Of a stretch of 64,000 bases of DNA, positions 24,211-37,800 are shown piece by piece. Made by a program: the position numbers and the translations under genes. The stretch comes from Podarcis tiliguerta (Eukaryota), in NCBI GenBank assembly GCA_965153285.1, contig OZ229121.1. One strand, written 5' to 3'. A model generated the notes under the pieces. It saw only the letters and a program-made list of their open reading frames with translations. It did no database searches and was not told the origin of the DNA. Each line of letters begins with the position of its first letter. Within the stretch, counting starts at the first letter, position 1.

Positions 24211-25413
24211 TTGCTCCCCACTCCCCACCCCTCATGCATTTGCAGTGGTACGAAAAATAATGGTATACCAGAAAGAATATGAGAAAGCGCCTGTCAGGCC
24301 CACACACAGGCATGCAGCACATACATGCAATATTTTCTCTCTCTCTGGGCATTGCCTCTCCACACTTGTGACAACCCTGAAGGAATGTCAGCGACAGCCA
24401 ATTAAACAAGCAGCTGTCACCCGAGGTGCAGATCAAGTCTAAGGTTGTGAAAACAGTAATAGGAAAAGAGTGTCCCCAATGAGGGCAAAAGCAGCTTATC
24501 ATAGTTCAGGCAGTTCCCTTGGAGACTGAAGTGTCTTTCAGTCTTACGCACAGTCTGTCACACAGAAGTATCTGAGCAAAGATGGACTCTCCGCGAAACA
24601 AGTGAACAGAAAACAATAATTAAAACCCAGCCTGCCGGACGCTGCTTTCTAAAATCCCAACTGGGATAGAAAAGAAGAGACAAGATCCTCCTTGAAATTT
24701 GAGGAGCGCAATGCATGAATGGGCCCACAATCTTCACCGGAGGTTGATGGCTACCACCCTATAAGCTCAGAAGCCTCGAAACCTTCCAGGAGTTTGTTTA
24801 GATTACAACATCCTGACAGGGGAAAATGTATTGCGCAGGGGTTTCGTTAAAAGCCTCAGAGCCCTTCCCTTTGAGGTCACTGCTTTAAATTCAGCCTGGG
24901 TCTTAAGGCAAGGTCACATATACATGGCCATATTTTTGAGAGTAATTATAGCACTGTCGATGCTCCACCAGTGTTATTAGCGACTGTCAAAAAGAGGTCA
25001 GGCGTGTTTACAGGAGCAGGAGTTATTAGCAGTAGTAGCTGCTGTGCATGGAAAGTGTCTCTTCCATCTGAGCTCTGGGTAAAGGAACATCATTCTCCAG
25101 CCCCACATGCGTAAGGAGGGCCGCCATCTCACTGTGTAAACTTAAAACATTCTGACAGCTTTATCCACAGTATGCTTTGGTGAGGTAGTACTTATGTTTA
25201 AGCTGACTAGGGTGCCCAGGTGTCCTGCTTTACGGAAGACAGACGTCTAGTTGAAGGGCTGCCAGAAGACAGACCTCTGCCTGAATGTGTCCTTCATTTG
25301 GAAGGCTGTCTGGCTGAATGTTTCCTGTTAAAGAGACCTAAGAAAGGAGACTGAAGGCCCTGAAGTTGCCCATCAGCTGTGAGCACCAGTCACAATCTTC
25401 CTCCCCACTATAG

Positions 25414-25761
25414 GTAAAGGTAAAGGGACCCCTGACCATTAGGTCCAGTCGTGACCGACTCTGGGGTTGTGGCGCTCATCTCGCTTTATTGGCCGAGGGA
25501 GCTGGTGTTTGTCTGCAGACAGCTTCCAGGTCATGTGGCCAGCATGACTAAGCTGCTTCTGGCTAACCAGAGCAGTGCACGGAAACACAGTTTACCTTCC
25601 CACCGGAGCAGTACCTATTTATCTACTTGCACTTTGATGTGCTTTCGAACCGCTAAGTTGGCAGGAGCAGGGACCGAGCAACGGGAGCTCACCCCGTCAT
25701 GGGGATTTGAACCACAGACCTCCTGATCGGCAACTTTAACCCACAGCACCACCCGTGTCCC
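25414..25761 (-). mobile_element. Sauria SINE with 14-bp TSD
   Basis: Reverse complement of the SINE; TSD cctccccactatag / cttccccactatag; small internal deletion in the head. Confidence 0.9.
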
Positions 25762-25958
25762 CTTCCCCACTATAGTTGCTTCTAAATTTACAGCTGTACA
25801 TAGAAATGCAGATCTGTGCCCCCTTTTGTCCTTTTTATTTAGGACAATATGTTGTGCAATACCCTGGGATAACCTGCACATACAAGCAGGGCTTTTTTCA
25901 GCCAGAATTTGCTGGAACTCAGTTCCGGCACCTCTCAGCTGGACCCCATTGCCATTAT

Positions 25959-26401
25959 TATTAATTTTTAAAAATGTATTTTTATTAAAGATTTTCTTGA
26001 TTTACAAAAGTATTTGCAATGTCTCTTTCTCTTGCCCCCTCCATGTAACATTTTTACAAATCAGTTTCATTTGTTGAGGCATTAGGAAGAAAAGGGGGAA
26101 AGAGGTGGGGGTGGGGAGGATGGGGTAGGGTGGGGTTAGGTGACGATGTTTCTATTTTACTTAATATATGTGGGGTTTGGTGTCAGCATTGCTTGTGCAG
26201 GTTCTTTGCTGTTCACTTGTGTTCCTTTGGTGGTGAAAGAGGTTGGGGTTGGCCTAGGGCGTGGTTGTTCATTTGTGATTGGCTGTAGTGTTTTCCTGTG
26301 TGAGTGGGGTGGGTGGGTGTTTTGGGTCAGGTTAGCCCTATTGATTTGTATGCTGTTGGTGGTTTTTTGTCATTGTCTTGTTGGGCTGTGTGTGTGATAA
26401 G
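25959..26401 (-). mobile_element. 5'-truncated non-LTR retrotransposon (L1-like 3' end) nested in the hAT MITE
   Basis: 15-bp TSD ccccattgccattat / ccctattgccattat; minus-strand AATAAA and A-rich tail; minus-strand reading frame ending ...ITHTAQQDNDKKPPTAYKSIGLT* followed by a UTR-like tract. The L1 assignment is inference. Confidence 0.7.
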
Positions 26402-26441
26402 CCCTATTGCCATTATAAGAGAAAATGGGAGATGTTCATGG

Positions 26442-26741
26442 CAGCGGCAGAGGAAGCCGCTTGGGTGCCTGCGGTGGCGTGGCCATGGGCAGGGCGAGCC
26501 ATCCATAGGGGCAGGGTGCACTGCGCAGCCTCCAGAGTCTGCCTGCCTCCTCCCCACTCAGCTGGGGAGGGGGAAGGAGCAGGTGGACCGGAGCCTGTGC
26601 GCGCCCAAGCCACCGTCTCTCTCCCAGGAGAGATGTGTGACTTGGGCACATTGCAGGCCGCCCAGCATTTTGTCACCCCCCCCCTCAGTGGTAACACCAA
26701 GGGCGCACCGCACCCACCACACCCTCCTTCCTCCGCCCCTG
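26442..26741. mobile_element. GC-rich hAT MITE nested in the hAT MITE
   Basis: TIRs cagcggcagaggaag / cttcctccgcccctg; 8-bp TSD gttcatgg / attcatgg. Confidence 0.85.
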
Positions 26742-27367
26742 ATTCATGGTGAGTTCTGGCACCTCTTTTTCTAGAAAAATAGCACTGCGTACGAGTACAA
26801 ATCTACTCTGAGTTATCACAGGCTAGGGATTCTGGAATCTGGCCAGCAGAGACACAGTGGGGCCATCTCAAAGGCAGCAAATTTGTATTTATATTTTATG
26901 AGTGAGAAAGCTAATAAACAAATATTTCAAAAAATACTTTTGCTAAACTACAGGGAGTCGGAAGACCATGCTGATTTACTGCAAGGTATCCAGAGATCTG
27001 CCAGCTTTGTTATCGTATGACTACTTCATTCATGTCCTCTGCTTTGCCTCAGCAATAACCTGCAAGTTCCAATCAATGTTTGAGACAGTGACAATTTACT
27101 ACTTTTTTTTGTATTTTTAAAAGGGGAAAGCTTTTGTAGGTTATTTCCCCCCAGCATGTCTCTGTGTAACTCAAGGGATCAAGACAAGGCACACTTCTAA
27201 TTTAATTAAATATCCAGGAGCTTTTTTCCATAATCACTGTGTAAGATTGAAATACTGTGCGCTACTAACAAAGCAATCCTCACTCAGAAACTCACTCATT
27301 TTAATTTAGAAGCTCGTATGCCACATTGTGAACACTGGCTAGGCTGAAGGAAGCTGTTTAATTTAAG

Positions 27368-27533
27368 GATATAGGAAGTTGCCTTACAGACCCAAACCAT
27401 TGGTCCATCTAGTTCTGGCAGTAGCTCCCCAAGGTTTCAGAGGTTAATCATTCTCAGTGCTGCCTGGAAATGCCATGGATTGCAACTAGAACCTCTGCAT
27501 GCAAAAGGGTGAGTTCTGCCACTGAACTATGGC
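27368..27533 (-). mobile_element. Degraded tRNA-derived SINE
   Basis: Reverse tRNA-like head (ttctgccactgaactatggc) and tail ataggaagttgccttac...ccattggtccatctag. A similar tail occurs at about 665-745. Confidence 0.5.
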
Positions 27534-27534
27534 T

Positions 27535-27935
27535 AGGGATGAGCAAATCTGTCCATTTCAGTTCATCTAAGTTCTCATTTTTTCCAATCTTAAATTCAGT
27601 GCTCCAGCTTTGATACACACTCACACACACAGAGAAACACAAGTCCTCATGAAAAGTCATCGTTTTAATATGACTTTCTCCTATTTCATATGCAATATTG
27701 CCAAATTTACATGTTTACAAAAGCTGTTTTCTCTAATGTAATCCTTTTTTGTATGTTATTTTCACTAATATATGTGTCTATATGCACACTCCACCTTAGT
27801 AAATGCATATCTGTACAAATTAACTTGTAAAGTTGGCTTGAAGTGTGAATGTTGAAGTGTGGCTATGCTTTGGTTCCTATAGCTTTTCAGAAAGTGTGAA
27901 TTTGCAAACTAAATCAGATTTCTAACCCTGTCCCT
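27535..27935. repeat. Old ~400-bp interspersed repeat (agggatg...catccct-like ends)
   Basis: Shares aatctgtc..tttcagt...ctcatt..tccaatcttaaattcag with 32534-32935 and about 16150-16530, and in reverse with 49145-49772. Confidence 0.6.
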
Positions 27936-30294
27936 TCCTAATTGTATTAACTGCTGGAAAGGTTACATCACTAATTTATATACAACCGCCAGTGTAAACT
28001 GGCATTATGCAAAGCCTCGTATGGACAGAAGAACTTCCTTGGGAGGTAGGATTCCATTCCCCCCCACAAAACATATTTCAGCTATGCTGGAAACAGGCCC
28101 TTTCATGAATGCAAGAGGCCTTATGCTAGCAGAAGGGCACCTATGAATTTTATTTGACAAGATTTGTGCATACCTTAATTGGAAGGAACCTCTAAGCTGT
28201 TTGCATAAGACAATATAAAATATTCATTAAAATGTGATAAAACGCTAAAAGCAAATTGAAGTAATGCCCCCTTCAAAATATAAATGAAACTAGAAGTTTT
28301 AAAACAGATACACATAACAAAACTGCATGTAAAAATTAGGCATCTGAGTAGGTGTGACTCAACCAAAATGCTGTTAGCAGGCCCCAAAAACTACACAGCA
28401 AAATGTGTTTGCCTACTATTCATAGGCAGGTTGCTGCAGCGAGCAGGCACTGCCCACAGCGAAGGATCTAACCATATAGTTTTGCAGTGCAGCCCTTACA
28501 GACCAAATCAATCCCCCCAAATAAAGAAAGGAATTAGTTTTGTTTAGTTAACCTTTTTTTTTTTAATCAGTCTTGGCTGCTAACAGTCACACCAGGGTTT
28601 GTTTGTTACTTTATTTATTTAAAGGATTGTTAGCCCCCCCCCCCAGTTCTCCCAGAATGGCACAACACAATAGAAACCACAAAACTAAAACAAATTCAAA
28701 GACCAGCAACATCATTTAATTTTTTATTTTTTTGTTAAAGAGCAAGCATGGAACAATTACCATACCAAGGCAAAAATCAGCAGCGAATCCAATAAAAACC
28801 ACCAACTGATGAGGGGGGGGGGGGGGAATCCTCAGAGATACAATTTCCAGAGTGGTTTAACAATCAGTCCCTCTTCCCAGGCAACTCTGAAAATTGTAGC
28901 TCTGTGAGGGGAACAGGGATCCTCTAACACTGGGCTTAGCAAACTACACCAGATTCTTTGGCAGATGCTATTAAAGTGGTATAATAGCACCAGAGCGCTC
29001 CAATCCACTTTAATTGTGGAAACCTAAATTTCCAGTATGTTATTAAATCTTTCTTGTAAAATACAAGGAAGCTTTCCCACAGCATACAGGTGGCTGTTAC
29101 TCCCTTTAAATGCCTGCTAGTAAAGGGCCCAGTATAATAAAGGCACGCCTGGTATTATAATGATTCTGAATATCAGCAGTACAAGCCACCCAAGCTTACC
29201 AAAACCCTTGGCACCTTCTCCACAGCGCTGCAAGAGGGTCTGCAGATCATCATCGGTACACTCAGAATACCATCAACTAGATGTAACTCTGGACAGAAAC
29301 CAACAGAGGGAGCTATGTTCACATCACACAATTAAGTAGGGCTCAAGCAGCCATATTAAAAACCCAAAGCAGGATGTCACCGACATGGCAAAAAAACACC
29401 CACCCACTAATAGCTCTCATCTTGATGTGTGGCAGCTTGCTTTCTGCTTGATACATGCTTCAACATTAATGAAACACCCAAGTATTGGGATCACTGCAGG
29501 AATTAAGTTTGGCAGTCAACAAATTGGATGTGTGTGTTATTATTTACATTTTTCTCACCTGCTCCCTTCATTTTGAAATCAAATCATCTTTTTTCTTTTT
29601 AAATTGTGAAAGCTTTATAAACTGTTCACATTCAACGGGACCGTGACTCCATCCAGAAAAGGAGAAACGGACAGTTTCTCAGCCCCAGAAGCCACCTACC
29701 CACAGGGCTTTTGTCTTGCCAGGATTCAGTCTCCGTTTATTGGTCTCCACATCCAGCCTACCACTGCATCTGGACGCCAGTTCAAGACTCTACTCCTGAT
29801 TCAGACGTTACGGAGAAACAGAGCTGAGTGCCACCAGCATGCTGACGATATCATGCGCCAAAGATCCTAGTGACCACTTCCAGTGACTTCATATAGAAGC
29901 CATGGGGGCGGGGGGGGGAGAGGGGGAAATTACAGAGTCACCCACTCTGGAACTGGCCTTGAAGATAGGGCTGAAATCACTTCAGAACAGTGCTCCAAGT
30001 GCCAACCACAGAATGGATCTAGTAGGATATACTGGTTGATGATAACAAAAGCTGTTGAATTGTCAAGCAGAAGTAACAGGTTCCTACTCTCTCCTGTCCT
30101 TTTCCTGTCAAAGGCTCTCACCTTGTACAGTGAAATAATAAGTATTACCATCTAGGAAAACCCCTCCTAAGACCACTGAGTCCAGAGTCTCACATGACCT
30201 AACTGCCCACTGGATTCACTGCCGCTGAATAATTGTGACAGGATTGCATCGATAACAATAATACACTTTGGATATAGAAGGGAAAGGAAGTAAA

Positions 30295-30628
30295 GGATGT
30301 GGGTGGCGCTGTGGGTTAAACCACAGAGCCTAGGACTTGCCGATCAGAAGGTCAGCGGTTCAAATCCCCGCGACGGGGTGAGCTCCCGTTGCTCAGTCCC
30401 TGCTCCTGCCAACCTAGCAGTTCAAAAGCACGTCAAAGTGCAAGTAGATAAATAGGTACCGCTCCGGCGGGAAGGTAAATGGTGTTTCCATGCACTGCTC
30501 TGGTTTGCCAGAAGCGGCTTAGTCATGCTGGCCACATGCTGTACGACGGCTTCCTCGGCCAATAAAGCAAGATGAGCTGCAACCCCAAAGTCAGTCACGA
30601 CTGGACCTAATGGGTCCCTTTACCTTTA
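30295..30628 (+). mobile_element. Sauria SINE
   Basis: gggtggcgctgtgggttaaaccacagagcc ... ccctttaccttta. Confidence 0.9.
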
Positions 30629-33600
30629 TGCTTAGTTGCAAAGGACTTTGGGCAAAGTCTGCCTGACTCTGGAGAGCTACTGCCAGTAGCAGATGATGGG
30701 CAGAGAGGCGACACTTACCTGACCTCCCACCAGCAGTGTTACTGTAACTTAGAGTGGGAGGGGAAGGGCGGCAGGGAGGTTGGTACCAAAGAGATAGACC
30801 AGCAGAGGCATTGTATTGACTGCTGGTGCATCTGCAAGGTGTGGGCTACCTTGCCTCTCCCAGTAACAGTAGTAACTTTGGTGCTGGTAGGTCAGGGGAT
30901 GCAACTGCTTTCTACCAGTCTCTACTGGGTACTGACATTTGCTAGGGGGGATCATGTGCTGGGCTAGATATAGACTTGTCTGGCAAAGTATTAGAGGCCT
31001 CATTTCATCATAATTGCCTGCATAGTCTTGGAGAAACATAATCACCAAACTACCTGCTTCTTCCAAGGATCTTTTGACATTGCTAAAGCCACACCAGTCA
31101 CTCTAACATGTGCTTAAGTCTTCAGCAAACCATTCTAAAGGCATGCCCCAAATTCCTTGGAAATCTATTCTAAAACTACTCTAGGAAATAAATAATACAG
31201 AAACAAGCCTACATATTAAGAATTGCCTCTTCCAATATTTACAATTATAATTCAGTGTTAGTCATTGCTTAAAATACCCTCAAAAAGACGAGATCCCCCA
31301 AAATTGCTACTTTTCAAATATATATATAATTAAAATCCCAGAGGTTTTCTTAGGTTTGCTTTTAAACCTAGTATGTGCTTACTTATTATAAATGCAATGT
31401 ATATACAAGTATAAATATATATTTACAATTTTATATATACAATTCTAACAATTAACATAAAGTATTATTCACACATATTGCATAATAGATCATGGAGAGA
31501 AAAACAGTGTGTGATATATAATTTTCAATCCAATGTGCAAACAGATCAACAGAAAATAATAAGTGTGTAGCACAAGCCTATCTACATCTAGTCAAGAGGT
31601 CAGCCACCCCGAGTTTACTGGGATTTACTCCCAGGGAAGTGAGTAAAAGGTTGCAGCTCTAAAGACAAAGTAATTCTATTTTCTCAAGCCAGTTTTATTT
31701 GGTTTTCTATTTGAAACATCTCTCCTATTGTATTATATACAGAGCATTTTCATATATTTTTTATATTCATTTCTCTACAGCTCAGCATTTTAGTACTTAT
31801 TCATCCGAGTAAAATATGTATGAGTAATCACTTTCCTTAACTTTCAGCACAGGAACGGAATTCTGCTATGCTGCCAAATACCCTCAAAAGAATGTGTTGC
31901 TAAAAAAAAATCTATTTATTGAAATACCCTAAAAAAAAAAAAAAAGAACTCAGAGACACAAAACAAATGCAAAAACAGAGATTCCCCCTAAATCAACCTA
32001 AATAGCCAATAAAACATTGCTTACTCATTTGATATTTGGGCTGCAATCCTATACACACTTCTTACTTATGAGGAAACCTCCCTAGGTTTACACTGTCAGA
32101 CTTTTTACACTGTGCTCCTGATTCAGCTCTAATCATGCACAACAGTTCTGTGTTGCAGTGCATATTCCCCTCTGCTTCCCCCCAAAATAATTCAGCCCCA
32201 TCAATGAGTGAAGCTGAGTTGTGATGTAGATTTACAAATCTGCAGCAGAAGTGCATGCAGAAGCTGGTTTCATCAATATGAGCCTTGTCAGGTGTGGCAA
32301 CCACACACACATCTAATTTGCTGCCCATGTGTGTACTGGGAAGCTCATATCTATTGCTGCTTTCTTGCAGGGAAATGGCCACATGCAATGGACACATGTC
32401 ATGGTTTTCATGTTTATTTTTGCATGGAAAAAAATCCTTCAAAATCCTCATCCCAACTGAAGTAAAATCTAAATTATGTGCTACTTAGCCACACCATTCA
32501 TTGTTTTTCCAGTGTATTTCTCTGTGTGGCACCAGGGATGAATGAATCTGTCAATTTCAGTCGGTCTGAGTTTCTCATTCCTCCAATCTTAAATTCAGTT
32601 TTTCACATTTCCCCACCAGCATTTGAATGATAATTTTTGCCAATATACACATTTTTGTGTGCTGTTTTGTCTAATATGCAATGCATTTCCCCCTAATACG
32701 TATAAGGCAATTTTGTATGTCCTTAAAATTAATGCATGATTTGTCATGCTGAGTTTACCATAGTACTGTATATGTTTTTTTGCACTTATTACTTGGCTGG
32801 AGAACTGCATTGTAGACTTCAGAGAACTGCAAATTTTAAAATATGGCCATTTCAGAATTTTTTGTATACTTTTGGAAAGTGTGAATTAGGTGGTTTTACC
32901 TTTAAATTTGAAATTACTTTCTTCCCCATCCTTACATGACAGCAACAACAATCACAGTTACATTATAATTGCATTTGATGTAACTTGATTCTTGCCACAA
33001 AGTCACCCAGAGAAAGAATGTTCTACAGTGGCTTAGAAACTGAGCAAACAAACAAAAACACAATTAAAAATAAAGCTTTCAGATTTTCAAACAGCAATTT
33101 TTATATTGGAAAAAAACAAAACAGTTAAGTGACTAGGAGGGGAAATATTTCAGTTGTAATGCTTTAATGAAGACACAAATGGGGTTTTCAACTAATATAG
33201 AACATGTTTGCGCGAAGTCCTTTTAAAATGTTCACCATCGTACAAAGCTGAAGAAAAAGGTAGACAAGGAGAGGGAAGACTTCATATTAGCGGAATGCAG
33301 GAAATTTGTTTTCAGGCTTAATAGAGCTGGGACGTAAATTGGCTGCTTCCCTTTCTATGAGAAAGAAGAGAGTATTTGATTAAGTTAAACAGGAGCAGTT
33401 TCTTTGTTCCCGAGGTGAACAAAAGCAGCTTCTTGGCCCAGAAAACTGACAGACCTGGGGGGCAGGGAATCTATTAAAAGAGATGACAAAGGAAGAAGGC
33501 ACTTAAAGTAATCTGTCAAAATTCAGAATGAATCTTGGGAGGTATATAAAAGCTACATTCTTCTCTGATGCATAAGGGAGCCGAATGCCATGGAACGATT

Positions 33601-34259
33601 CAGGGTAATCCAAAAGAAGTGATTTCAGGATGTTGCATATGATAAAGTTAAACATCTTAGCCATTCTGGCTAAGGCAGAGCCTGGAGTTAAATTTACCAG
33701 GACCAATTAAAAGCTGACCATTCTTTAGAACTGTGGTCAAAAAGCAAAGTCCTTAAACAGCCTGCTCTGGAGCACAGGCAGGGGAAGCAAACAGGACTAT
33801 TTTGGAATTATAAATTATTTGGAAAGGGTATTTATAATTGCATAGGTATTTTCCGTGCCCCAGTAGGGTTTTAATAGCCTCTCACAAGTGAAATCTACTA
33901 GGCAAACTATGTTAGTCCCTTTGGTTGTTGTTTTTTAATAAAAAAGAGCAAAACCAGACAAATTGATGAATATAATTAGAGCTGCCAACCAAACAAATAC
34001 ACTAAATTAAAATAAATATGTCTATTATGTTTTCTAAGATGCTGAAGGAACTATAAGTTGCTTTACAATTTAGTTATCAAAAAGCTATCGCGCATTATTA
34101 CAAGGAAAACTCAAAGTGTCCCTATTTTCCAGGGATGTCCCCGATTTCTGATTTGATCCTGGAATGTTGCCCTTTTCCTTAGGATGTCCCTATTTTCATT
34201 GGAGAAATGTTGGAGGGTATATTGGGTGCACCTCAGTAAGTAGGGAGTTCTGAAAATGC

Positions 34260-34830
34260 GAGTTATCACTGAAAAGGCCTGTCTCTGGGTCCCCACCCCA
34301 CCTACTACATTGTGGAAGAGATCACCAGGGAGGCCCCATCTGCTGATTCTTGAGTACAGAACGTGAGGAGGTATTCTTGCAGTCCCAAGCCCTTGAGAGA
34401 TTTAAATGTCAAAGCAAGCACCTTGAATTGGAGCTGGAAAACAATTGGTAACCTGTGTAGATATGTTTGTGGCCTACTTATCCGAGCACCGTTCTTGCCT
34501 CGGCATTTTACATCAGCTGCTATTTCTGGAGCATTTTCAAAGGCTCCTAGAACACATTTTGGGCTCAGAGGTTGCCAGAGCACGCGTAACCCTAGCCAGG
34601 ATATCCTTATGCAGAAATGGTGCATCAGGCAGGCATAGGTGCTCCTAGCCACAGAGGCCACCTGTGGCTTGAGAGCCAAAGGTGGTTCTGGGAGCACCCT
34701 CAAACAACACACTGGCTCCTTCAGGGGGAGTGCAACCCCACTAAGAACGGGCAACTCTGCCAGCTCTAGAACCTAAGGCATGCCCACCTACAGCACTTCA
34801 ATCGTCTCTGGTTTCAGTTTCAATTTGGGA
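34260..34830 (-). mobile_element. L2-like LINE ORF2 C-terminal fragment (degraded)
   Basis: Minus-strand peptide GVALPLKEPVCCLRVLPEPPLALKPQVASVARS...LHRLPIVFQLQFKVLALTFKSLKGLG resembles the L2/CR1-group motifs LGVxLDxxL and LHWLPIxxRxxFKxLxLTxKxL. Confidence 0.75.
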
Positions 34831-37800
34831 CTTAATTCTAAGTAAAGACGCATAGGATTGCATTGTCAGTCAATTAATCTACCAGTTAAAACTGAGAAGC
34901 CCTAAAGTTTACATATGCAAGGCAGTATCATGGTCAGGAGAATGTACTGACATGCTACATGGCAAGCAGGTTTTTGCAATGAAGGCATTTTTCCTTTAAA
35001 AGCTTATTGTTCAAATAGAAAAGGGAAAGATTCCTATTTGGGATACACAAGCCTTTGAGGTTTCCCCAAATTAGCTCTTTTTGGGCAAACATCACACACT
35101 GCATACATATATGCGTGTAAAGCAAATTGTCTTTTATTGCTTTTCTATTACAATTCATTTGCTTTTCTATTATTACAACCTAGCAGTGGGGTTTGTATGG
35201 AGTGGGTTTTAGAAATGCGAAGACTTCCTTTTTTTGTACCGCAGACTTAATACTGAGACAGTTCTCAGGTCTGATTATCCTTCAAAGTCAATATTGATTT
35301 TGGGTTCATCTTTGGTCATTATTTACCTTCCAGACCAATAAATCTTTATCTTAACTTCGGTATAATTGATAAAGACTTTTAAGTGACAGCATTTATTAGA
35401 TAAATTCAGCACACTGAATTGTCTTCTTAAAATATACAAAGTAGCCATCTATAGGTAAAATATGTGTTTTATCCTAATACGTCTTTTTCACCTTTCTTTC
35501 TTTTGTAAAATTTGCAGCATCATATTGTTAGAATGGTAAACAAACTATGGAACCAACACTTTTAAAAAGCCTTATATACATATGAACACATTACACAAAC
35601 AGTACTTTGGGCCTTCTCTCACACTGCACTCATGTGAACGCTAATGTGAGCTAGAAGAGCCATTTTTGTACAATAGATGTGGCCCATGTAAGTTTAATAT
35701 TAAAATAGCAATTATAGGAGTTGCAAAACAACAGCTTTTACTGTGTACTGCTTCACAATCCTTATCACATCTGTTATAACACACACAGAAGTAGATAACT
35801 AGAAGTCCCATTTTCACAGACAATAAAACCAAGACTGAGACAATGTGAGCTAAACCCACTGTTATTTGCTTTAAACATCTGTGGTTTGTAGAAAAATCCA
35901 GGTTCATGGATGATCAAGTAAACCACATTTGTTTTACTAACATTGGTTTGTTGTTCCTTGCCCGTTCTGTGTATACCTGGCTCTTATATAAAAGTGCTTT
36001 GTAGAAGACAGGAAATTGCTGCTTGGTTGCTCTCTTGTCATTTGTTGCACCAAGGCAGCAGAATGCTTCAATCCACTTTAATTGCACAAACTTTCTCGTA
36101 TACCCTTGAATCCTTCCTGGAAAATGCCAACACCATGGAGGCAATCTATAATTTCAGGTTGTGGTTGTTGGCCCCAAGGAAACCATAGTTAGTTGCTTCA
36201 GGCAGGTTCTGATGTTCAAGCAAACCAAAGCTAAGCTAAACAAACAATGGTTTAGCCTTACACCAAAAACCTGGCCAATGACTTGCCCAAATCAAGACCA
36301 TCTACTGAAACCAAAGTTTAGCAGGCACCAGACCTCATACCTGCCTATCTTTCTGTTCATTGGGCCATACAGTCTCCGAAAATTAGTGGGGAAATCTCAA
36401 CTTGATACAGTAAAGTTTTGTGACATTTCACCAGTATATAAGCATGTGAGAAATGGTCTTGATGGTGCAGAGCAAAGTTCATTTTGATCAGCCATTTCCT
36501 CTCACGTATAGGAACAATGGAAATTTCGATATCCTATTGTTTGGTTCCAGCAGTGGATAATCAACAATTTATTGACTCAGAATATGGAGGGTCCATTAAG
36601 GTTTCATGACTAATAGCCACTGACAGACCTAATAAGAACATGGCGACCTGGAACACCCCATTCCTAAGCACTTACTTGCCAGCAAAAATCTTACATCTGG
36701 GCTCTTAATGGAGCAGGGTCATACCAGTAAGTGTTCCTTTATTCAGCACTTTTGGGTGAAAAGTGGAAAGGGCAAGGATAAAAAGAAAAATATTAAACAA
36801 GTCAATTTCTTACATTTTTGAACAGGAAAATAATATTGAGCTGCAAGAAAAGGAAACATCAAAGCCCCAAACTAGCTTCCTCCGAAATCAATGGGAGCCT
36901 TTCTATCGATTACTTTAATGGAAATTAGGATTGGCCCAAAATCATTAGAAACGGCACAAAGAAGGAGGAAATGAGGTAGACAAAACTCATTTCAATGTTA
37001 ATCAGAAAAGAAGCAAGGATGGCGGGAGCGAAAAAGACGTTATAAATAAATAAATAAGTGTCATCTGCATAGTTCAAACCACACAAAGTCAAAAAGAAGC
37101 AAATAAATAAGGACAATATGTTAAATTTAAAAAAAGTGTTCCCGAGAGCCTTCTACAGTAGTCTTATTTTGCAAAGGTCTGTCTCTCCCTTTGTCATAAA
37201 GCTATCAGTTGCAAAAAGCATATTGTGCTTTATTCACCCTCAAAAAACAAGATCTTAATAAGTTTAATGATCCAGATTATGGCAGGATTAAATACAGAAT
37301 CTGCTAAAAGCACAGTCTTAACAGCAGTTGTTCAGACAAAACAGTAAAGTGCAATATAGCTACTGATTATTGATCCCAATTTTATAAGCATCCTAACATT
37401 AAATGTAAGCAACTCTGAACTCAGTATGATCTGTTCATTGTATTTTTCAAAATTCACATTCTATTCTTTTTTTGTTAAATTTTATTGCTATTATAATTAA
37501 TAGCAAGAGCAAACCTTGCATTTTTCTATCTCAACACCTTCCAAAAATCAGCAAAACATTTCCATCCTTTGGCAACGCTACTACTGCAGTTTAATAAACA
37601 AAAATATTCCAAATCTTACATTTCCATAACACAAGATTCCAGAACTCAACCAAGCAGTTCCATCTTTCAGCAAAATCAGTTCATTCTCTAAGCTGCTCCC
37701 TGTACTTATGACCAACTCCATCAGTTGCTCTCAGACTATTTTGCAAGTAGAATTCAGTCTCATACTGGCAAATTCAAGTTGTGTAATTAAAATGGGTTTG

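Larger units (their letters stand above)
25887..26787. mobile_element. Short hAT MITE carrying two nested insertions
   Basis: TIRs cagggctttttt / aaaaatagcactg; 8-bp TSD catacaag / cgtacgag (both differences are CpG-type). A related end occurs near 63664. Confidence 0.85.

Noticed and set aside
36925-37116. Minus-strand ORF containing YADD (possible reverse-transcriptase motif)
   Set aside because: No upstream QGxxLSP-type motif or other RT blocks are visible, and the context is low-complexity (ttat)n; most likely chance.
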